Assembly (NCBI GenBank): GCA_037447435.1 | Contig: JBBIGR010000014.1 | Coordinates: 1-64,000, forward strand | Source of the DNA: Fibrobacteria bacterium | GTDB lineage: Bacteria > Fibrobacterota > Chitinivibrionia > Chitinivibrionales > FEN-1185 | Direction of reading: 5' to 3' | Length of the DNA: 64,000 nt | Part shown: positions 26,950-37,150 of the stretch, piece after piece | Layout of the letters: each line of letters begins with the position of its first letter | How positions within the stretch are numbered: position 1 is the stretch's first letter | The notes under the pieces: generated by a model | What the model was told of the DNA's origin: nothing | Database searches by the model: none | Seen by the model: only the letters and a program-made list of their open reading frames with translations | Position numbers and translations under genes: made by a program

Positions 26950-27972
26950 TTATAACCCGCTTACTGCAGGATTGGCCGCAACGCGAGGATTTGTTTTTAA
27001 AAAACCTGTTACTTTTTCATGCAAGGTCTCAAGCGTCAAAGCCGATTGCGCCATAGATTTAAGCTGTTGACCAAAAAAGAAATTGCAGGAATAATATTTT
27101 GTAAACTCTTTCAACCTGCCAATCGCCTTTTCGGGCCTGAAATCTTCAGTAACGTATTCATAATATCGTTGCCAGATCCCTGCATAATCAACATTGACAA
27201 CAGTCTTTTCAGGCATATTGAAAAGTGGAGCAAATTCATTGAACATCCACGGCCGGACCACTGCCTGGCGTCCGATCATTATTCCGGAGACGCCATAGAA
27301 CCATTCTGCGTTTTCAAATATGTCCTGCGGTCCCCGAATATCGCCGTTTGCAATGACCGGCATTTTTGTTTGCTCGCAAACCCAGGGAAAAAATTCCCAT
27401 CGCGCTTTTCGTTTGAGTTTTTCGTCGAAAAACCTGGGATGCACTGTAACGGCATCGACCCCGCAATCTTCAATAATTTTTATTCGAGTCGCGAATTCCT
27501 GCTTCCAGTTTTGATCGTTTTTCCAAAGTCGACATTTAACCGTTAATACTCCTGACCAGGCTTTGCGTAGTCGGGTGACAACGGTTTTAAGCCTGTCCAA
27601 ATCGGCAAACAATGATACCCCGGTACCGATTTTCTCCATTTCCGGTGCCGGACAACCGGCATTTAAATCAATGGCCGCAGGACCAACCTGCTCTAATTTT
27701 TCCAATCCTTTTTCAATATCTTCAGTCCCGTTTAGCGCGAGCTGATACCAAACCAGCCCTTCGGAATTTCTTTTCTTTGTAAAAGGCGACTCTCCCACTT
27801 TTTCGTGGAGCAACGCCTTTCCCGAAAGCATTTCGGTAAACATCGCACCGTAACCGCCGAAGTCGGAAACCAACCGCCTGAACGCACTATGCGTTACTCC
27901 CGCCAATGGCGCACTAAAAAGAGGCGGCGAAACAGTAATGTTTTTAAGCGATAGCGATGTTTTTTTTATCAT
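26950..27972 (-). CDS. tRNA-dihydrouridine synthase (Dus family)
   Basis: APLAGVT, TEM, IDLNAGCP, TVKCR, VHPR, ANGDI, MIGR. Confidence 0.92.
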   Translation of the reverse strand: MIKKTSLSLKNITVSPPLFSAPLAGVTHSAFRRLVSDFGGYGAMFTEMLSGKALLHEKVGESPFTKKRNSEGLVWYQLALNGTEDIEKGLEKLEQVGPAAIDLNAGCPAPEMEKIGTGVSLFADLDRLKTVVTRLRKAWSGVLTVKCRLWKNDQNWKQEFATRIKIIEDCGVDAVTVHPRFFDEKLKRKARWEFFPWVCEQTKMPVIANGDIRGPQDIFENAEWFYGVSGIMIGRQAVVRPWMFNEFAPLFNMPEKTVVNVDYAGIWQRYYEYVTEDFRPEKAIGRLKEFTKYYSCNFFFGQQLKSMAQSALTLETLHEKVTGFLKTNPRVAANPAVSGL

Positions 27973-29234
27973 CCTGCCCGCTTACAAATATCAATGATTC
28001 CGTATCGCTTGCCAAGATCCGAAAGTTTTTGCAAATCGTCGACCGTCTTGATGTTTTCATAGCAATCAAGATTTACGGAAAGCACTGCCGGATCTTTTGC
28101 CAAGGCTACCAGATCGGTTGCCGCATATCCTATTTTCGGGCTTTTCGGAATCGAGGGCAGGATTTCCTTCGGCGGCGTCGCATAATCAGGCAGGCTATTC
28201 TCTAAAAGCAACTCAACGTCAAATATATAGAGCCCCGTGTTATAGGGAAGGTGAAACGTATTGGACGGATCCATGAGATTCATGGTCGCATCATTCCTGA
28301 TCGCCTGCTCAACAATTATGGTCGATTGCTTACCTTTTTTTTCAAGTGTGACAAATGTTCCGAACGGGTCTTTTGCCTCAAATCCTTTCCGCAGCACCCC
28401 AACCCCAACACAATCGTGTTGTTTTCCCGCATGTGCCATAGCAAGAATTATTGAAGGGTCAAAAAGTGCAGTCGCCTGCAATGCTATGATTTTTTTGCAA
28501 CCCAAGCTCTTTAACCATTCGATTGCGCTTTTCCCTTCATCAAAACCGGCTTTTTTCATTTTCATGAACGGACCTCCTGTTTCATCAGGATTTGTTGCCG
28601 GCCATGGCAATTCGTCGATCATTACGCAAACGATTTTCCCGTCCTGGGATAAATGGAGACGTTCTCCCTGGTTCAAGGTTCGCACATGGGTTAATCCGAA
28701 TGAATTATTCCGTTCAATTACCTGCGGGATAACCCTAGCAGTTGTCGAACCTTTGGGACCGGTTGTAACAATAACCGGAATTTGAAATCCCGCCTGTTTC
28801 GACAAATCTTCAATAACGGCTAGGTCCGCCTGAAGACAACCAAAACCGTTAGGAAACCCCGGGATCTGGTATGTCGCTTTGATAAAATCCTGTAGCGCAT
28901 CTTCCCCAATGCCTTGGCTACGAAGACTCGATCGCATTCGTACGCCGTCACCGCCCGCGGTAAGTACAATTGCATACTCGTGCAAATCGGCCAATGCTCC
29001 CGAGATGTGATCGCTTTGTATGAGGCGGGGATATCGCTGTGTTGCTTCGGCAAGAATATGTTTTGACTCTCCGGCGTTAACCAATGCTTTTTTTTGCAGG
29101 TCCGCATGCCACTCAAAAGTTTTTGGGGGAAATTTTTCATCGAGGATAGAAAGCAAATGTTTTTTTTGAATTTCGCTCAGCGTATCAAATTCATGAATAT
29201 GTTCCTCGGCAAATTCGTTCGACCATTTGCTCAT
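27969..29234 (-). CDS. UDP-sugar pyrophosphorylase-like nucleotidyltransferase (UDPGP/UAP-like, divergent)
   Basis: VLTAGGDGVRM, IPVIVTT, LNQG, NPDETGG, YNTGLY, NIKT. Confidence 0.6.
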   Translation of the reverse strand: MSKWSNEFAEEHIHEFDTLSEIQKKHLLSILDEKFPPKTFEWHADLQKKALVNAGESKHILAEATQRYPRLIQSDHISGALADLHEYAIVLTAGGDGVRMRSSLRSQGIGEDALQDFIKATYQIPGFPNGFGCLQADLAVIEDLSKQAGFQIPVIVTTGPKGSTTARVIPQVIERNNSFGLTHVRTLNQGERLHLSQDGKIVCVMIDELPWPATNPDETGGPFMKMKKAGFDEGKSAIEWLKSLGCKKIIALQATALFDPSIILAMAHAGKQHDCVGVGVLRKGFEAKDPFGTFVTLEKKGKQSTIIVEQAIRNDATMNLMDPSNTFHLPYNTGLYIFDVELLLENSLPDYATPPKEILPSIPKSPKIGYAATDLVALAKDPAVLSVNLDCYENIKTVDDLQKLSDLGKRYGIIDICKRAG

Positions 29235-29331
29235 ATCATCTCCTGTTGCTTTTGGAAAAAATATATGGTATACTTATTATTCGGATTTTACGCTTTTGAT
29301 ACGTTTACAAATAAATTATTTTACGGTGCGT

Positions 29332-30171
29332 ATGACAAACAACGGAACTTCCAACGCCTTTCAAACATTAAAAATCATTCATCCGATTCACGAAGATTCG
29401 ACTATTGCAAAAACCGCTTTCGCGCATGCCCTGGCTATGGCCCATTCCGGAAACGGCGAACTGGAAATAATTGACGTAAGAGACTCGCGAGAACGGCGTA
29501 AAGATTTCAGTGTTCGGACATTATTTGAAAAATGGTCGGTTTTAAAGCCCAATTCCGAGCGAAGCGATGTTGCCAAATTGGGCCTTAAGATTACTAAAAT
29601 AATTAAAAGAGGGCAGCCAAAAAAGATTATTGGACATCGGATGGAAAAACATCGCCATGATTTGCTCGTAATCGGGACACAACGACATCGAGGCATTTCT
29701 AAATTTTTCGATGCCAATCTGGCGGATTATCTGGCAAACGAATATCGGCAGACAACTCTATACATTCCAGAAAACAGCAGATTTTTTGTCGATGAGAATA
29801 ACGGTAATATCGCTTTGCATACTATTTTGCTTCCTGTTGCAAAGCACCCTTCGGCCGATTACGCTTTGGGAAGATTACAATCACTGCTTTCCATTTTCGC
29901 ACAGCCCGGGGCGACCATCATAGGCCTCCATTGCGGGGAACAGTTTCCTTCTTTCGAAAACATTATTCCGCAGAGCATGATTATCGAAAAAAAACTGACA
30001 CCTTTACCGGTCGTAAAAAACATTATCAAGACCGCCAGGGAAAGAAATGTCGACCTTATTGTCATGGCAACGCAAGGGCGAAATACTTTTCCAAAAAAAA
30101 TTATCGGCAGTTTGACCGAACAAGTTCTCGCCGATGCGCCGTGTCCTGTATTGTCAATTCCCGTCGATTAG
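29332..30171 (+). CDS. Universal stress protein (tandem USP domains)
   Basis: DLLVIGT; DLIVMATQGR...IIGSLTEQVLADAPCPVL. Confidence 0.88.
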   Translation: MTNNGTSNAFQTLKIIHPIHEDSTIAKTAFAHALAMAHSGNGELEIIDVRDSRERRKDFSVRTLFEKWSVLKPNSERSDVAKLGLKITKIIKRGQPKKIIGHRMEKHRHDLLVIGTQRHRGISKFFDANLADYLANEYRQTTLYIPENSRFFVDENNGNIALHTILLPVAKHPSADYALGRLQSLLSIFAQPGATIIGLHCGEQFPSFENIIPQSMIIEKKLTPLPVVKNIIKTARERNVDLIVMATQGRNTFPKKIIGSLTEQVLADAPCPVLSIPVD

Positions 30172-30191
30172 CGGGTTCGTTTTAAATACTT

Positions 30192-30225
30192 ACTGTGGCG
30201 GCGAAATATATTTCGCCGCCACAGT
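30192..30225. terminator. Bidirectional terminator between the USP and flagellin genes
   Basis: ACTGTGGCGGCGAAA-TATA-TTTCGCCGCCACAGT, a perfect stem. Confidence 0.85.
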
Positions 30226-30279
30226 TTATTATCAATAACTTCCCCATGCGAGTGAGAATTTATCGAAAACCTTTCGCGA

Positions 30280-31134
30280 CTACTTCAATAAAGTAAGGAC
30301 CGACGACGGGAGCATATTCGATTGCGAAAGCATGGCTGTTGCCGATTGCATGAGTATCTGGTTTTTCGTGAAATTAGCCGTCTCATGGGCAAAATCCGCA
30401 TCACGAATCGAAGATTCCGCCGCCTGTTGATTTGTTTCGCTCACCATCAGGTTATTGACAGCGTGCTCGAGCCTATTGATATATGCGCCCAGATTTGCAC
30501 GAATACTATTGACACTGTCGAGAGCGGTATCGACCTCGCTGATTGCAAGTACCGCATTGCCCTGTGTCGTGATATCTCGTGTGCCCAGATTTGCGCTCAG
30601 CGCGGGGGCGGTCAAGGTACCTATCGAAATAGTTATATTGTCCACACCCGACGTATGATTGGCATCTATCCACAAATTATTTCCGGCTGCACCATTGACT
30701 ATACCAAACCGACCGGCAGTGGATGATATCAATTCCTGCTTGTTATAATTGGTGACTGCGGCAATACGATTGACTTCACTTCGTAACGCGGCAAATTCCT
30801 GATTTGTATAGGAACGTTCCGTTGAGGTCAACGTATCGTTGGAAGATTGTATAGCAAGCTCGCGCATGCGTTGCAATACGGATGATATCTCGTTTGCCGC
30901 ACCTTCTGCAATATTGAGCGCCGCAATGCCGTCCTGAGCGTTTTTCTGCGCTTGCGACACGCCGTTAATCTGGGTGCGAAGATTTTCAGAAACACCGAGG
31001 CCTGCCGCATCATCGCTTGCACGGTTGATTCGAAGTCCGGTAGAAAGTCTTTCCAAGGATTTTGAAAGATTGTTGTTGGTCTGATACAGAGCGCTCTGGG
31101 TAACCATTGAAGCGATATTATGATTAATACGCAT
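30280..31134 (-). CDS. fliC: Flagellin (short, lacking large variable domains)
   Basis: MRINHN, LERLSTGLRINRASDDAAGL, RANLGAYINRLE, IRDADFAHE. Confidence 0.96.
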   Translation of the reverse strand: MRINHNIASMVTQSALYQTNNNLSKSLERLSTGLRINRASDDAAGLGVSENLRTQINGVSQAQKNAQDGIAALNIAEGAANEISSVLQRMRELAIQSSNDTLTSTERSYTNQEFAALRSEVNRIAAVTNYNKQELISSTAGRFGIVNGAAGNNLWIDANHTSGVDNITISIGTLTAPALSANLGTRDITTQGNAVLAISEVDTALDSVNSIRANLGAYINRLEHAVNNLMVSETNQQAAESSIRDADFAHETANFTKNQILMQSATAMLSQSNMLPSSVLTLLK

Positions 31135-31163
31135 AAAGAAACCTCCCTGTTAAAACATGAATA

Positions 31164-31186
31164 GAACTAACAATCCTTGTTAGTTC
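31164..31186 (-). promoter_or_regulatory. GGA-loop hairpin in the flagellin 5' leader (CsrA/RsmA-type site)
   Basis: mRNA GAACUAACAA-GGA-UUGUUAGUUC, about 15 nt upstream of the ACAGGGAGG SD. Confidence 0.6.
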
Positions 31187-31299
31187 AGTGAAAGGTCAAA
31201 CAAAAAAAATCTTGACCCTCCTTTCGAATTTTTTTGCAGGGAGAATGTAAGGACTTGCCGTTCCTTTTCCCCTGCGCTGTATAAAATCTCCTGCTTAAT

Positions 31300-31326
31300 T
31301 TATCGGTCAAAATCGGTTTAACTTTA
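31300..31326 (-). promoter_or_regulatory. Sigma28 (FliA) promoter of the flagellin gene
   Basis: TAAA-GTTAAACCGATTTTG(15)-ACCGATAA; the -35 overlaps the tadA stop codon. Confidence 0.75.
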
Positions 31327-31779
31327 ATTTTTTCTTACATTTTTAAAAAAAGATTTCAAAAGAGTGCCGCATTCTTCCGCCATAACGCCAGAAGTTATCC
31401 GAGGAAAATAACGATAGGCGCGCTCTAATTCCTGCCGATGAAAATAACTGTCTATCGCGCCAACTCGCGGATCGGCGGTTGCATAAACGATGGCATCGAC
31501 ACGAGTTTGCAAAATAGCGCCCAGACACATTATGCACGGTTCCAATGTGACATACAAAGTGCAGCCGTTTAAACGCCAACTCGATTCATGCGATGACGCA
31601 GCGCCTATTGCAAGAATTTCGGCATGCGCCGTTGCGTCGAAAAGCTTTTCCACTCTATTATACCCTCGCCCGATTATCCTTCCGTCTTTTTCAATGACGG
31701 CGCCTATAGGCACTTCGCCTTCATCAAAAGCCTTGACAGCCTCCTGATAAGCACTATTCATAAAATATGAAGTATCCAC
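31324..31779 (-). CDS. tadA: tRNA adenosine(34) deaminase
   Basis: GEVPIGAVI, TAHAE, TLEPCIMC, LKSFF. Confidence 0.9.
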   Translation of the reverse strand: MDTSYFMNSAYQEAVKAFDEGEVPIGAVIEKDGRIIGRGYNRVEKLFDATAHAEILAIGAASSHESSWRLNGCTLYVTLEPCIMCLGAILQTRVDAIVYATADPRVGAIDSYFHRQELERAYRYFPRITSGVMAEECGTLLKSFFKNVRKN

Positions 31780-31969
31780 AGCCGTAATCCCTTTCTTTAA
31801 GGAAAATTGATTATATTAATTAGATTGTAATTGCCCGATTTTTCCTAACATTTGCCTAATAAATTGCGCCGTAACCGGATAGTTGCAACTGTGATTTGTC
31901 TACATACCATGCGTAGATACTTTTTATTGAGACACTAATACTGACGTTAATATACTTTCGAAAAACACC

Positions 31970-33730
31970 ATGACAGAACGTATTGGACAGATTTTAATCA
32001 AAAAAAACGCTGTTGACGCGCAGTCTATGGAGCGTGCTATATCTTTACAACAGCAAAACGTCGACTTGAACGTGCCTCACCAACGACTCGGCGAATTGCT
32101 CATGACCCGGTTCGCTGTTGCGGAGATCGATATTTTTTCAGCGCTTTCCGAACAATTTTCTTTGCCTTTCGCGCAAAACATAGACGATAAATTATGCCGC
32201 GAAATTATCCAGGAACTTTCGGCCGATTTTTTCAAAGAGTTGCCCTGCCTGCCCTTGGAGCATCGGGACAACACGCTCGTCATTGCAATAAGCGACCCGA
32301 TAGATCTTGATACCCTCCTAAATGTCCAGGCCCAAAGCGGGCTTTGCGTAGAATCGTGCATTTGCTGTCCGTCGACACTTGACAAAACCAGACAAAAGCT
32401 ATTCGAGCAGAAATCGTTTCTAAGTCAATCGGCCGGGAAGCTTTCTCGGGAACAGGAACAATTGGCGCAATTCGACGATTCTTTATCGGTCGAAGAAATT
32501 AAGAAGCGGACCGAAAGCGAGCCGGTTGTCAAAATGGCTTCCTTGATTTTCGATGAAGCATTGGCGCTTAACGCATCCGATATCCACATAGAACCGACTC
32601 AGGAGAATGCTGTCGTCCGGTACCGGGTCGACGGCCTGCTGACTGCACATATGGAAACACCTCGGGCAATGTATGTGCCGCTTACGTCCCGAATTAAAAT
32701 AATGGCCGATCTTGATATTGCTGAAAAACGGGTTCCCCAGGACGGCCGCATCCGTTATGCCCATAGAGGAGAACAATTCGATTTTCGTGTTTCCACCCTG
32801 CCGACGCATTACGGAGAAAAAACGGTAATTCGAATCTTAAAGCACGATATCGGTCTTTTGGAATTATCGCGGCTCGGGATTCCGGCGCAGGAATACGAAA
32901 AGCTCGCGGATTTAATAGAAAAACCTCAAGGCATTATTTTCGTCACCGGCCCTACGGGCTCGGGAAAATCTTCTACCCTATTCGGTTGCCTCAACCGGAT
33001 CAAGACAAAAGCCATCAACATTACGACGATTGAAAATCCTATCGAGTATAAAATCGACGGCATAAATCAGGTGCAGATCAATGAAAAGGCCGGTGTCACG
33101 TTCGCAACGACGTTACGTTCTATCTTACGTCAAGATCCCGATGTTATATTAATCGGGGAAATCCGCGACCGCGAAACCGCTGAAATCGCCATTCAATCGG
33201 CGCAAACCGGACATTTGGTACTTTCTACATTGCATACAAACGACGCGCTTTCGGCAATTACGCGGCTCCGAGACCTCGGTATTCCAGGGTTCCTCATATC
33301 TTCATCATTGATCGGCATTTTAGCACAACGACTGGTCAGAGTTTTATGCCCGCATTGCAAGCAACGCGGCGAAGTTTCGACAGATATACGGCAACGGTGG
33401 AACATGATGCTTTCCAATATAGAATTGCCTCCGTTTTATTCGCCTCGAGGGTGCGACCAATGCCATGGACGCGGGTATAAAGGTCGCTCGGGAATTTTCG
33501 AGCTTGCAGTCGTCAATGACGTAGCACGTGAAATGATTTCGGCAAATCAAAGCGAAGGAAATATCAGGAAGTATTTTCGTGAAATCGGGATGAATACGAT
33601 GATACAAAACGGGCTTGAGAAAATCCGTAACGGCACAACCTCACCCGACGAATTATTGCGGGTTGTTATGGTCGAAGATATTTTGAGCCATAAACAATCG
33701 GCATTTGAAAAACAAAAGGAATCCCTATGA
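31970..33730 (+). CDS. GspE/PilB-family secretion ATPase
   Basis: ASDIHIEP, DIAEKRVPQDGR, GPTGSGKS, LRQDPDVILIGEIRD, TGHLVLSTLH, CPHC/CDQC. Confidence 0.95.
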   Translation: MTERIGQILIKKNAVDAQSMERAISLQQQNVDLNVPHQRLGELLMTRFAVAEIDIFSALSEQFSLPFAQNIDDKLCREIIQELSADFFKELPCLPLEHRDNTLVIAISDPIDLDTLLNVQAQSGLCVESCICCPSTLDKTRQKLFEQKSFLSQSAGKLSREQEQLAQFDDSLSVEEIKKRTESEPVVKMASLIFDEALALNASDIHIEPTQENAVVRYRVDGLLTAHMETPRAMYVPLTSRIKIMADLDIAEKRVPQDGRIRYAHRGEQFDFRVSTLPTHYGEKTVIRILKHDIGLLELSRLGIPAQEYEKLADLIEKPQGIIFVTGPTGSGKSSTLFGCLNRIKTKAINITTIENPIEYKIDGINQVQINEKAGVTFATTLRSILRQDPDVILIGEIRDRETAEIAIQSAQTGHLVLSTLHTNDALSAITRLRDLGIPGFLISSSLIGILAQRLVRVLCPHCKQRGEVSTDIRQRWNMMLSNIELPPFYSPRGCDQCHGRGYKGRSGIFELAVVNDVAREMISANQSEGNIRKYFREIGMNTMIQNGLEKIRNGTTSPDELLRVVMVEDILSHKQSAFEKQKESL

Positions 33731-35886
33731 ACAATGTCTTTGTCGCATTGATACTTGCGATCCTGGCGGTAACGGGCATAGTGCAAGCGGCCCCGCAAGG
33801 CAAAGAACCCTCAAAAGCTTTATCCGAGCAAAAACCGGCGGAACAATCTGCAGTCGCACCCGAATTGCAAATGATGTCGCCTTTGGATGTGAAAGACGCC
33901 GACATTCAAGATGTAATACGCACGATTTCCAAAGGATATAATGTCAATATCATCCTCGACAAAGATGTTTCCGGCAAAGTTACGGTGCATTTGTCCGATG
34001 TGCCCGTCATTGAGGGACTTCGAACCCTTTCCCGGTCCATCGGGTTAGAGGTAGTTAAGGAAGGCAACGTTTACCGTATTCGCAAGGCGATGGACGAGCA
34101 GCGATCGGTAATCACTTTTATAAATAATAAACTGACCGTCGATGTCCAAAACGTCGATGTCAAGGATTTCCTCAAGGACATCAGTGCGAAGACGGCAATA
34201 AGCATAGTCCCCGATGCAAAAGTGAGCGGCAAAATTTCGGGAAAACTTTTCCAGGTCGAACTTGACGATGGGTTACGGGCTTTGCTGCAGGGAAGCGGGC
34301 TAAAGCTTACAAAACGTAAAAATATTTACCAAGTACTTGCCGACGACGACGCACCGCCGGCGGGAAACCCTGCACCGGGTAATCCGTATCCCGGCTATCG
34401 CAGATACGGAGGAAACCCCGGCGGCGGATCCACCTCGTTTTTTGTTGAATGCGCAAACGGCAAGATTTCATTGGATGTGGTAAACGGAAATCTTAATGAT
34501 GTTATAAAAGCAATTGCAGAACAAAGCGATATGGAAATCATCACCTACGGTACGATTTCGGGCGAAATAAATGCCAAGTTAAAGAATGTTCCGCTTACGC
34601 AGGCATTGGCATTACTTTTAGGCGGTACGATGTTTACATTTGTGCAAAAAGATTCCATCATTCTCATCGGCGACCGAAACGCCGCAACCCCCTCAGGGCA
34701 AGCTCTTTCGAAATCGGAACTTATTCACTTGAATTGCATCAAGGCCGACGGCGTCATGCAAATACTGCCCAAAGATATCCCGCCGAGCAATGTGAAAGTC
34801 ATTAAAGAACAGAATGCGCTGCTAGTGTCCGGTACTTCCGAAGACATCGTATCGGTACGGGAATTTATCTCGACCATCGATGTTCCAACACCTCAGGTTT
34901 CAATTGACGCGGTTATTGTCGAGTACTCTGAAAACCTTAACAAGTCTTTTAATGTCAAGGCAAGCTTAAATCGGCCCGACCTAAATAATCAGTCATATTT
35001 TGCTCTTCCTTCAGATGACTTTAGAATCGAAAAAGGAACAGATGCAGTCGAGCTGGGGTCAAGCGGTACTGCTATAAAATCTTTTTTTCAAAACTTGCTC
35101 GGCCAAACATTCAATGGCAACACTATTATCAGCCATCTGCCCGATAATTTTTTCATTTTCTTGAAATTCCTTGAATCGCAAAACCAGGCAAAAGTCCTTG
35201 CGCAACCATCTATTGTTACGCTAAACGGAAATAAAGCATCTATCAATGTGAATAAAACCAGCTATTTCAAAGTCACTACCGGAAACCCGCTCGGGGGCGA
35301 CTATTCAATACGGTTCCAACCCATCACATTCGGTATAAAGCTAGACATAACACCTTGGATATCCATGGGAGGACAAATCACGGCTGAAATAGCTCCCGAA
35401 GTGTCAAATTCCGACGGCCAAAGCGCTGACGGATATCCCAATGTATCGACACGATCCATTACGACCACTGTGCGCTTAAATAACGGAGAAACTATAGTCC
35501 TTGGTGGCTTAGTACAAAACCAACAAACCGATGCAAAACAAAAGATACCCATTCTTGGTGATATTCCGTTCATTGGGTTTTTGTTTAGAACCAATGTCAA
35601 GATCCGGACAAAATCCAATCTCGTTGTATATATAACGCCGCATATTATCATACCACAAACAAATAACGTTGATTTAAAAAAAGAACTTTCTAATTTCGAA
35701 AAAAATGACATGGGGATAATAGACAAGAAAAACTCCTATGAGAACAACGCGGACAAGCAGGATAAAAAATCAGATAAACATATCGATACTACTAAAGAAA
35801 AAGATTTGAAAAAAATGCCGATAAACCCTATACCGCAGAACACGGTAACGCCTGCTGCCAAAGATACGGTCCGACAGGCGCAATAA
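33727..35886 (+). CDS. Secretin (GspD/PilQ family) with multiple N-terminal STN-like domains
   Basis: Signal peptide; DVPTPQVSIDAVIVE, AQPSIVTLNG, GIKLDITP, GETIVLGGL, KIPILGDIPFIGFLF. Confidence 0.93.
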   Translation: MNNVFVALILAILAVTGIVQAAPQGKEPSKALSEQKPAEQSAVAPELQMMSPLDVKDADIQDVIRTISKGYNVNIILDKDVSGKVTVHLSDVPVIEGLRTLSRSIGLEVVKEGNVYRIRKAMDEQRSVITFINNKLTVDVQNVDVKDFLKDISAKTAISIVPDAKVSGKISGKLFQVELDDGLRALLQGSGLKLTKRKNIYQVLADDDAPPAGNPAPGNPYPGYRRYGGNPGGGSTSFFVECANGKISLDVVNGNLNDVIKAIAEQSDMEIITYGTISGEINAKLKNVPLTQALALLLGGTMFTFVQKDSIILIGDRNAATPSGQALSKSELIHLNCIKADGVMQILPKDIPPSNVKVIKEQNALLVSGTSEDIVSVREFISTIDVPTPQVSIDAVIVEYSENLNKSFNVKASLNRPDLNNQSYFALPSDDFRIEKGTDAVELGSSGTAIKSFFQNLLGQTFNGNTIISHLPDNFFIFLKFLESQNQAKVLAQPSIVTLNGNKASINVNKTSYFKVTTGNPLGGDYSIRFQPITFGIKLDITPWISMGGQITAEIAPEVSNSDGQSADGYPNVSTRSITTTVRLNNGETIVLGGLVQNQQTDAKQKIPILGDIPFIGFLFRTNVKIRTKSNLVVYITPHIIIPQTNNVDLKKELSNFEKNDMGIIDKKNSYENNADKQDKKSDKHIDTTKEKDLKKMPINPIPQNTVTPAAKDTVRQAQ

Positions 35887-35896
35887 GGCAACAACA

Positions 35897-37150
35897 ATGC
35901 AAAACACCGCTCATGGGATTACCTTAACCGATGATGGTTCTTTTCTATTTGTTTCGCTTAAAAAGCGCGACAATTCGTGGCGGATTATAACCAAAAAAAA
36001 ATGGGACAGTTCAAATACTTTTAAAAACGGCCTTTTACTGAATCGCGGCGTTGTCGCCGCAGTTCCTTGTTCATTTAAAAACGCAAACACTAAAATCAAC
36101 AATGAACAAGATTTGATTTATTCACAAGACAACGGCCTGCTTGCGCCCTATGCGCACACACCTTCGGTATCGCCGTTTTCAAATTATCTGGCGGCGAACT
36201 GCATAGCTGCGGTTCCGGACGATTCGTTTTTGGCAACCCTTCCTCTCGCTTTTTCAAACAAAGATTTACATTCTTTTGTCAGCATATTCCAAACAGCGAC
36301 TGAGTATAAAATCGGTATTATCATTAATAGCGCGTTGACGGCGGTTTTCACCATGTCCCCGGTCTCTCCCGAAGCGATCATCTCGCATCTCGCAAGGATC
36401 GAACGTTACTGTTCGATCATGACGCCGGAAACTCCCATGCCAAGACATGTTTATACATTCAACTTTAAATCCGACGGTATCAATCAAAGTCATTTCCAAT
36501 GCAACGACCTGACCATTCCTCCGGAAATCGTTTCAAATAAGGAAACGGCTGTTGCAATCGGCGCAGCCTTGGCAAACGTTACTTGCAAGATTCCGACGCT
36601 TTCTTTCGATGCAACCCGTTCCTCCTTTCGCCACATCCGCGCAATCGGTTATGCGATCTCTATGGCTTTTTTAGGAAGCGTTATCGCCTGTTCGTTGTTT
36701 TTTGGAATTTTTTCCGCATACTCCGCCACAGCGCTTTCCAAATACAAATCAAAATATCAAACCATTGTACAACAAAATCCCGATATTAAAAAGCTTTTGG
36801 ACGAAAATGAATCGTTTGCAAAAGATTTGCTATCCCTTTCTTCCGTATTCGCAAACCGTACGGGATGGGCCGATTTTCTTCAATTATTGGGCGTAATTCG
36901 ACCAAGCGGTTTGTATTTTGAAATGCTTGGTTCCGAATCATTGAATAAAACAAATGGCACAGTCCGAATCGCTTTATCGGGCTATGCTTCAAACGAATCG
37001 CTTATAACCGATTTTATTTCCGGCCTGCAAAAAAGCAATATTATATCCCAGGTCTCTTTGTCCTCGATGGAACGGGACAAAGCCCAAAATGTCGTTACGT
37101 ATAAGGTCATATGCTTATTAAAATGTACCGCTTTATCCAAAACGAAATAA
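35897..37150 (+). CDS. PilM/PilN (GspL)-like assembly protein
   Basis: Cytoplasmic N-domain, single TM, coiled coil, then RPSGLYF...LSGYA...FISGL; position in the cluster. Confidence 0.6.
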   Translation: MQNTAHGITLTDDGSFLFVSLKKRDNSWRIITKKKWDSSNTFKNGLLLNRGVVAAVPCSFKNANTKINNEQDLIYSQDNGLLAPYAHTPSVSPFSNYLAANCIAAVPDDSFLATLPLAFSNKDLHSFVSIFQTATEYKIGIIINSALTAVFTMSPVSPEAIISHLARIERYCSIMTPETPMPRHVYTFNFKSDGINQSHFQCNDLTIPPEIVSNKETAVAIGAALANVTCKIPTLSFDATRSSFRHIRAIGYAISMAFLGSVIACSLFFGIFSAYSATALSKYKSKYQTIVQQNPDIKKLLDENESFAKDLLSLSSVFANRTGWADFLQLLGVIRPSGLYFEMLGSESLNKTNGTVRIALSGYASNESLITDFISGLQKSNIISQVSLSSMERDKAQNVVTYKVICLLKCTALSKTK

